From an uncultured Eubacteriales bacterium (GTDB taxonomy: Bacteria > Bacillota > Clostridia > Monoglobales > CAYZNM01), in assembly GCA_964479875.1 (NCBI GenBank), contig CAYZNM010000010.1, positions 25,794 through 89,793 on the forward strand: a DNA stretch of 64,000 bases. The letters run 5' to 3'. Below the pieces are notes generated by a model. It was not told the origin of the DNA. It did not search any database and was given only the letters and a program-made list of their open reading frames with translations. Positions 58,359-64,000 of the stretch are shown one piece after another. The position numbers were made by a program, and so were the translations under genes. Within the stretch, counting starts at the first letter, position 1. Every line of letters begins with the position of its first letter.

Positions 58359-59168
58359 ATGAAAAAAACGCTAAAGCATGTAACGCTGTTTTTTGTTTTA
58401 TCTTTTGTCTGGACGTGGCTGTTTTACTGTGCAATCATTTTCTTCGGACTAAGTCCGTATGAGGGAACGGGTATGATTCTGCTGATTTGCGGCGGTTGCT
58501 CTCCCACATTTGTTGGACTTATCATGGCACTGGCTACTTACAATAAGGCAGACAAGATAGAGTACTTCAAGAGTTGCTATCAAGTAAAGCGCATTAAGAT
58601 ACGTTGGTGGTTTTTCATTTTATTCATTTTCCCCGTAATCTTTGCCGCAAGCATTCTCGTTGATGTGCTTATGGGCGGCTCATTGCCTGAAATGATAAAC
58701 TTAAGGGCGGTGCTTTTAAATCCTGTTTCATTCGTTCCGCTCTTGCTAATAAGCTTTATGTCCGGTCCTTTTGCGGAGGAGTTGGGTTGGCGCGGATATG
58801 CGCTCAAACCGCTCTTGGACAGATTTGGGCTTGTTAAAGCATCTGTGCTGATAGGCATAATATGGTGTGTTTGGCATCTGCCTCTTTTTTTCATGCCGGA
58901 CACTTGGCACGGTCAGATTGGATTTGGGCTGTCGGGCTTTTGGATGTTTCTCCTGCTAAGCGTGGGGTTATCGATGATTATGAGCGTTGTGTTTTTGAAA
59001 ACGAAGCAAAGCATCCTAACAGCTGTATTGCTGCATCTTGGCAGCAACTTTACAGGGCAATTGTTGGCAAAAACTTCCGATAATGTCGAAATTGCAAGAA
59101 GCATACTCACATTAGCTGTTGGTGTTGCAATGTGTTTTTATATGGTCAAGGCAAAGAAGGAACTATAG
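58359..59168 (+). CDS. CPBP (Abi/CAAX) intramembrane metalloprotease
   Basis: EELGWRG, WCVWHLP, LLHLGSN. Confidence 0.9.
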   Translation: MKKTLKHVTLFFVLSFVWTWLFYCAIIFFGLSPYEGTGMILLICGGCSPTFVGLIMALATYNKADKIEYFKSCYQVKRIKIRWWFFILFIFPVIFAASILVDVLMGGSLPEMINLRAVLLNPVSFVPLLLISFMSGPFAEELGWRGYALKPLLDRFGLVKASVLIGIIWCVWHLPLFFMPDTWHGQIGFGLSGFWMFLLLSVGLSMIMSVVFLKTKQSILTAVLLHLGSNFTGQLLAKTSDNVEIARSILTLAVGVAMCFYMVKAKKEL

Positions 59169-59287
59169 CGGCAATAAAAGAAGCAGGCGATATGGAAGTA
59201 GTAAAATATCCTTAAACTCCCGAAGTGTGGATGATTTCTTTGGGGAGATGGGCGTTTAATGTACACTGTAAAACGGATTTTTATATA

Positions 59288-59303
59288 TGACACGCTGTTG
59301 TCA
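59288..59303. promoter_or_regulatory. TGACA-N6-TGTCA operator-like palindrome in promoter
   Basis: TGACA-CGCTGT-TGTCA just upstream of TG-N-TATCAT. Confidence 0.55.
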
Positions 59304-59342
59304 AGTATGTGTGGTATCATGAAATAAAAAGGAGGTGCTAAG

Positions 59343-59903
59343 ATGATTAAATTAAATCATCCGGTAGAAAAACTTGTTCAGACTATAACCTATAAGGGTG
59401 TGGAATTCGAGGTTGTGGAACGTCCCGATGTTATTTGGGTAGGTTGTGTTAATTATGCAAAAGAACTCGACGGCGAACCTAATATGGACGCAACGCTTGA
59501 ACGTTATCAAGAAATTATTGATATTCCTAAGAAAGAACTTATAAATCCTGATTGGAGCGCTGGGATTTCGATCAATTATTCTTGTAGTGACAAGCCTAAC
59601 GGTCTGATGTTTGCGCAAGAAACATATTCGGATAAGCAAGATGAGGGGTATGATTTGTTTGTGCAAACGGGTGGTCTTTGGCTGCGCGTACTAAACGACC
59701 GAACCGCCGCAGCACTGCTCGGTAAAGAAAACGCGGAAGCCTCCGAATATTTCAGAGAAGCACAGATTATGCAAAAAGTTGCAGCCGAAAATGGGTATAT
59801 GGAAAACCCTGATGTACACTTTCAAGTGGAGTATCATTGCCATGCGGAGTATAGCAATCCGCCTCACAGGAATTATGCATATATACCTATAATAAAAGTT
59901 TAA
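59343..59903 (+). CDS. Hypothetical protein, possibly a stand-alone GyrI-like effector-binding domain
   Basis: FEVVERPDVIWVG...VEYH...YIPI pattern; AAGGAGGTG RBS. Confidence 0.5.
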   Translation: MIKLNHPVEKLVQTITYKGVEFEVVERPDVIWVGCVNYAKELDGEPNMDATLERYQEIIDIPKKELINPDWSAGISINYSCSDKPNGLMFAQETYSDKQDEGYDLFVQTGGLWLRVLNDRTAAALLGKENAEASEYFREAQIMQKVAAENGYMENPDVHFQVEYHCHAEYSNPPHRNYAYIPIIKV

Positions 59904-59936
59904 AATAAAAAGGGGCGAAAGCCCCTTTTTATTTTA
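59901..59936. terminator. Bidirectional terminator
   Basis: TAAAATAAAAAGGGGC-GAAA-GCCCCTTTTTATTTTA. Confidence 0.85.
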
Positions 59937-62271
59937 TATCCTGCTTAAAGTCTTGGTTCATTTGCAGTTCGTTCCATTGGGCGCGGGTGATTAGCATTTC
60001 GCGCGGCTTGGTGCCGTCGAATTTGCCGATTAGGCCGCGCTGCTCCATTTGGTCGATTATGCGTGCGGCGCGTTGGTAGCCGATTTTTAGCTTGCGTTGG
60101 TACATGGCTACGCTTGCGCTGCCTGCTTCTAGGGCAAGCTCGACAGCTTCGGGAAGGAGTGCGTCCACGGTGGAGGTCTTTTCCTCGTCGGCGTATAGCA
60201 TACCCTTTTCGGCGCTGTGCTCGATTTGCTCGATGACTTCTTGGTCGTAGACTGTTTCGCCTTGCGCCTTGACTATATTTACGATGGCGTCAACTTCTTT
60301 GCCGTCGATGTATGCGCCTTGCAGACGCTGCGGTTTATTTGCGCCTATCGGATTGTACAGCATGTCGCCGCGGCCGAGAAGCTTTTCTGCGCCGCCCATG
60401 TCTAATATCGTTTTACTGTCCACGAAAGAGGACACTGCGAATGCTATGCGCGAGGGTATGTTCGCCTTGATTACACCTGTGATTACGTCTACCGACGGAC
60501 GCTGCGTCGCGATAACTAGGTGCATACCTGCGGCGCGCGCCATCTGTGCAAGGCGGCATATGCTGTCCTCGACGTCGTTGGGGGCTACCATCATTAGGTC
60601 GGCTAACTCGTCGATGATTATGACGATTTGCGGGAGGGTTTCTTTGTCGGGATTGTCCGCTACGCTGCTGTTGTAGCTTGCTAAGTCGCGGACGTTGTTT
60701 TCGGCGAAGAGCTTGTATCGGTTGGTCATTTCGTTTACGGCCCATTGCAGTGCGCCTGCGGCTTTGCGTGGGTCTGTTACTACGGGAATGAGCAGGTGCG
60801 GGATTCCGTTGTATATGCCAAGCTCAACTACCTTGGGGTCAATCATGACCATCTTGACCTCGAAGGGGGAGGCTTTGTATAAAATCGATGTGATTAGCGT
60901 GTTGATACATACGCTCTTACCTGAACCTGTAGAACCTGCGATAAGTAGGTGGGGCATACGTGCGATGTCGCCGATAACAGGCTTGCCTGCAATGTCTTTG
61001 CCTAGTGCGAATGCTAGGCGTGAGGGGAAGGAGGCGAATTCCTGCGTGCCGATTACCTCGCGTACGAATACGGGGGATTGCGTTTCGTTGGGCACTTCTA
61101 CGCCGATTGCGCTTTTTCCGGCAATAGGCTCTATGCGTATGCCGACTGCGGCTAGGTTTAGGGCGATGTCGTCGGCTAGGGAGGTTATTTTGCTTATTTT
61201 TACGCCTGCGTTGGGTACGAGTTCGTAACGCGTGATTGTAGGTCCGCGGCTGTAGTCGACAATGCGTGCTTCTACGCCGAAAGATTTTAGCGTGTCGATA
61301 AGCTTTTTCGCGGTGCGCTCCAATGCTTCGTCGTCGGCTTCGTCAGGGCGTGAGCCTTCTTTTAGCACGTTGAGCTGCGGGAATTTGTAGTCGACGCGCT
61401 CGTTGACAATTTCAATCTCGATTTGCTCAGGCTCTTGCTTGCGATTCTTTTTTGGGAGGAGCGAAACCTCGGTGGCAACGTCTATCGCTGCGCCGATTGC
61501 TTCCTCGTCCGGAATTTGCACGGCTTGTACCTCGCCTTGGACGCGCTCCATTTCGGCTTTCAGAAGCTCGGCCTGCTTGGTTTGCTTTTGCGCCTTTGTT
61601 TCCCTTGGCGGCTTTTCTTCGGCGACAGGTTCGCGCGTAATCTCCAGGGTTTGCTCGATTTGCTGCTGCTTTTTATCGTTGTCGTAGTCGCTTTCGATGT
61701 GCGAGTTCACCCTTGCAGACGCGCCGGACATCGACTTTTTCAGCCATCGGAATACTGCGCCCAATACCGAAACCACTGATATGTCGAATATCATGATGAA
61801 CAAAATAACCCATATCGTGATAAAAACTATCACCGAGCCGACTTTGCCCAGCAGTGCGATAAACGGCAGCGTCACGATTCCGCCGAACCAACCGCCGCCT
61901 ATTGCGCGTTTACCTAAGAGGAAGAAATCCTCCTTCACATTGGCGAACAGACTGAACAGCACGCATGTCACCCAAAGTATGCACCCTGCGCACCAGTATT
62001 TGTAATTCTGACGTTCGGCGCGCTTTGCGATTGCGTGAATCGCTGCTGCTATTATGAGGAAGCAGATGAAGTATCCGGGGAAGCCGAACAGCCCCAGCAT
62101 TAAATCCTTGATTAACGCGCCCAGTTTTCCTGTGGTATCGGTGAACAGGCTTATAAGCAGGAATAGCGCAAGCGCGACAAGCGCGACGACCGTTATCTCG
62201 CGCGAGAACTTGCTCTGCTGCCTTACCGGCTTATTCGTTTGTTTGTTAGATGATTTCTTTCGTCTTGGCAT
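59929..62271 (-). CDS. ftsK: DNA translocase FtsK/SpoIIIE
   Basis: N-terminal TMs, PHLLIAGSTGSGKS, IIDELADLMM, ATQRPSVDV, gamma domain IGYQRAARI. Confidence 0.95.
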   Translation of the reverse strand: MPRRKKSSNKQTNKPVRQQSKFSREITVVALVALALFLLISLFTDTTGKLGALIKDLMLGLFGFPGYFICFLIIAAAIHAIAKRAERQNYKYWCAGCILWVTCVLFSLFANVKEDFFLLGKRAIGGGWFGGIVTLPFIALLGKVGSVIVFITIWVILFIMIFDISVVSVLGAVFRWLKKSMSGASARVNSHIESDYDNDKKQQQIEQTLEITREPVAEEKPPRETKAQKQTKQAELLKAEMERVQGEVQAVQIPDEEAIGAAIDVATEVSLLPKKNRKQEPEQIEIEIVNERVDYKFPQLNVLKEGSRPDEADDEALERTAKKLIDTLKSFGVEARIVDYSRGPTITRYELVPNAGVKISKITSLADDIALNLAAVGIRIEPIAGKSAIGVEVPNETQSPVFVREVIGTQEFASFPSRLAFALGKDIAGKPVIGDIARMPHLLIAGSTGSGKSVCINTLITSILYKASPFEVKMVMIDPKVVELGIYNGIPHLLIPVVTDPRKAAGALQWAVNEMTNRYKLFAENNVRDLASYNSSVADNPDKETLPQIVIIIDELADLMMVAPNDVEDSICRLAQMARAAGMHLVIATQRPSVDVITGVIKANIPSRIAFAVSSFVDSKTILDMGGAEKLLGRGDMLYNPIGANKPQRLQGAYIDGKEVDAIVNIVKAQGETVYDQEVIEQIEHSAEKGMLYADEEKTSTVDALLPEAVELALEAGSASVAMYQRKLKIGYQRAARIIDQMEQRGLIGKFDGTKPREMLITRAQWNELQMNQDFKQDIK

Positions 62272-62275
62272 GATT

Positions 62276-63112
62276 TTATCCTATTACTATCGATGTGATT
62301 ATTGTGATTGTGCCTACGATGAAGCAGTAGTATGAGAAGTAGATGAATTTGCTCTTGCGTACGGCTTCAAGCAGCAGCTTGATTGCGAATATTCCTGCGA
62401 TGAATGCGGAAGCCATTCCTGCGATAACTGTGCCGATGGGCATGTCGAGTGTGCCTGCGGATAGTGCGTCCGGCACGGAGAATATTCCTGCACCTGTTAT
62501 TGCGATAAGCGACATTAGGAATGAGAAGCGTACGGCGAATGATTTCTTAAATCCGTTGACAACGCCGCCGAATATTGTCATTCCGCTGCGGCTTACGCCC
62601 GGGAATATTGCAAGTAGCTGGAAGCAGCCTACTAGGAAGGCGTTTTTGTATGTAGCCGTTTTCTCTGTTTTGTTACGCTCGACTGTAAACTCCATAAGGA
62701 AGAGCAGTATGCCTGTGAAAAGCAGCGCCATTCCGACGAACAGCGGACTTTGGAACATCTCCTCAATGTACTTCTGCAAGATTACGCCTGCGCCGAGCGG
62801 AACAGTAGCAATCAGCAACATGAATACAAGCCGCCGCGTGGCGTTTTTGTTTATGTTAGGCTTGCCTTTTGTGAATATGTCGACTATCGTCATAAAGAAT
62901 TGCTTGATTAAATCAAGCACATCCTTCCAATAAAATACCAGCACGGACAGCATCGTCCCTAAATGCAGCAGCACGTCGAACACGAAATAGTTCGCCGTAT
63001 CAGGCAGCCCTAGCAGCGACTGAAACAGCACCAAGTGCCCGCTGCTCGAAATAGGCAGAAACTCAGCGACCCCCTGCACAAACCCCAGTAGTATTGCTTG
63101 CCATATGTTCAT
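62276..63112 (-). CDS. uppP: Undecaprenyl-diphosphatase
   Basis: QGVAEFLPISSSGH, PGVSRSG. Confidence 0.95.
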   Translation of the reverse strand: MNIWQAILLGFVQGVAEFLPISSSGHLVLFQSLLGLPDTANYFVFDVLLHLGTMLSVLVFYWKDVLDLIKQFFMTIVDIFTKGKPNINKNATRRLVFMLLIATVPLGAGVILQKYIEEMFQSPLFVGMALLFTGILLFLMEFTVERNKTEKTATYKNAFLVGCFQLLAIFPGVSRSGMTIFGGVVNGFKKSFAVRFSFLMSLIAITGAGIFSVPDALSAGTLDMPIGTVIAGMASAFIAGIFAIKLLLEAVRKSKFIYFSYYCFIVGTITIITSIVIG

Positions 63113-63122
63113 GTAGACCTCC

Positions 63123-63887
63123 TTAAAAAGATTTATTTATTTGCGAAATGAATTGTATATCCAGTCTTTTCTTGTGCGGAATTTCTTGGTTTAATAACAA
63201 AATGCCGCTGTGCATTCGGCATTGGGCGGATTTTCCTGATATCAAGACGTTGTAGCTTCCGTCGGGGTAATTGCATTGGGTGCTATTTACAGCGTATGCG
63301 TTTTCGCGAAGGTGAGTTACGGCGAGGGCGTGATTGCGCCCGAGAAGGCGTGCGGCGAGAATTGGGTCGCCGTCTGCGATTGCGGTGCGTACGCGTGTGC
63401 TGCTGACAGGGTCGCCGTCTAGGTATAGAGGTGGTTCTATGTGCAGGCGAATGCCGCGCGATTCGCATAGCTGCTCAAGCAATTGTGCATCGCCTCCTGC
63501 TTTGTAGCCGAATCTGTAGCTGTAGCCTACGACTATCGCTTTGCAATGCAGCTTGTCCGTGAGTGTATTGAAAAAGTCGCGCGGAGGCATGTGCATTAGC
63601 GCGCTTGTGAAGCGTTGCGCGAAAACGTAGGATATTCCGAGCGTTTGTATATACTCGAGCCGCTGACGATTGGTTGTGATTAGCTTTACGTCCTTTCGCG
63701 GCAAACGCAGCGCGGGATTGTTTGAGAAGGTGTACAGCGCGGAGGATAAACCTTCCGTTTTTGCGATAGCCGCCGCGGTTTCGAGCAATCGCTTGTGCGC
63801 CAAATGCACGCCGTCGAATCTGCCGAGGGCGATTGCCGTGCCGCCTATATGCGGCAGCTGCTTGTCCATGCTGCATATCTTCATCAA
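63123..63887 (-). CDS. ribF: FAD synthetase (RibF N-terminal domain), kinase domain degenerate
   Basis: GRFDGVHLAH, VGYSYRFG, VSSTRVR, LLGR; no PTAN kinase motif, 254 aa. Confidence 0.75.
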   Translation of the reverse strand: MMKICSMDKQLPHIGGTAIALGRFDGVHLAHKRLLETAAAIAKTEGLSSALYTFSNNPALRLPRKDVKLITTNRQRLEYIQTLGISYVFAQRFTSALMHMPPRDFFNTLTDKLHCKAIVVGYSYRFGYKAGGDAQLLEQLCESRGIRLHIEPPLYLDGDPVSSTRVRTAIADGDPILAARLLGRNHALAVTHLRENAYAVNSTQCNYPDGSYNVLISGKSAQCRMHSGILLLNQEIPHKKRLDIQFISQINKSF

Positions 63888-64000
63888 TCGGCTTTATCCC
63901 CAGTCGCTACATTTTCGGAAAATATGCGGTTGCGCGAGAAGTACATATGCCCCGACGACATGTTTTTCTCTTCCTTAGACAGTGCGCCGTCAATGATACT
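63884..64000 (-). CDS. 3' end of an unidentified gene entering the window
   Basis: Open frame SIIDGALSKEEKNMSSGHMYFSRNRIFSENVATGDKAD* whose TGA overlaps the ribF start. Confidence 0.45.
   Translation of the reverse strand, partial: SIIDGALSKEEKNMSSGHMYFSRNRIFSENVATGDKAD

Noticed and set aside
49288-59903. Prophage or integrative element suggested by XRE, RHH and excisionase-like genes
   Set aside because: No integrase, structural, replication or conjugation genes; interspersed with core genes such as spoVT

Overview
Chromosomal window from a spore-forming Clostridia-like Firmicute (spoVT, ytxC, noc, ftsK/spoIIIE, sigmaA promoters, T-box). No rRNA, tRNA, CRISPR array, integrase or transposase was seen. 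Contents in order: (1) 5' end of an archaeal-type valS with a Val T-box; (2) a tandem SAM methyltransferase and a COG3044-type ABC-class ATPase, each behind a uORF/attenuator-like leader; (3) a ~20 kb LacI-controlled carbohydrate locus with GH94 phosphorylase, GH35, a GH144-like lipoprotein and an 8-gene ABC module (two permease pairs, a 954-aa binding protein, an NHL-TPR-Yip1 protein and a DUF5696-like protein); (4) housekeeping, sporulation and small regulator/detox genes. Non-genic signals: two 75-bp TA-bounded MITE-like copies, a GTAG-type REP/REPIN family, a 1.5 kb two-gene segment bounded by exact 26-bp inverted repeats with a duplicated gene 3' end, and a sub-kilobase alternation of G+T versus A+C synonymous bias inside genes. 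All family assignments are by eye from motifs, with no database searches; several starts were moved from the ORF track to the codon with a good RBS.
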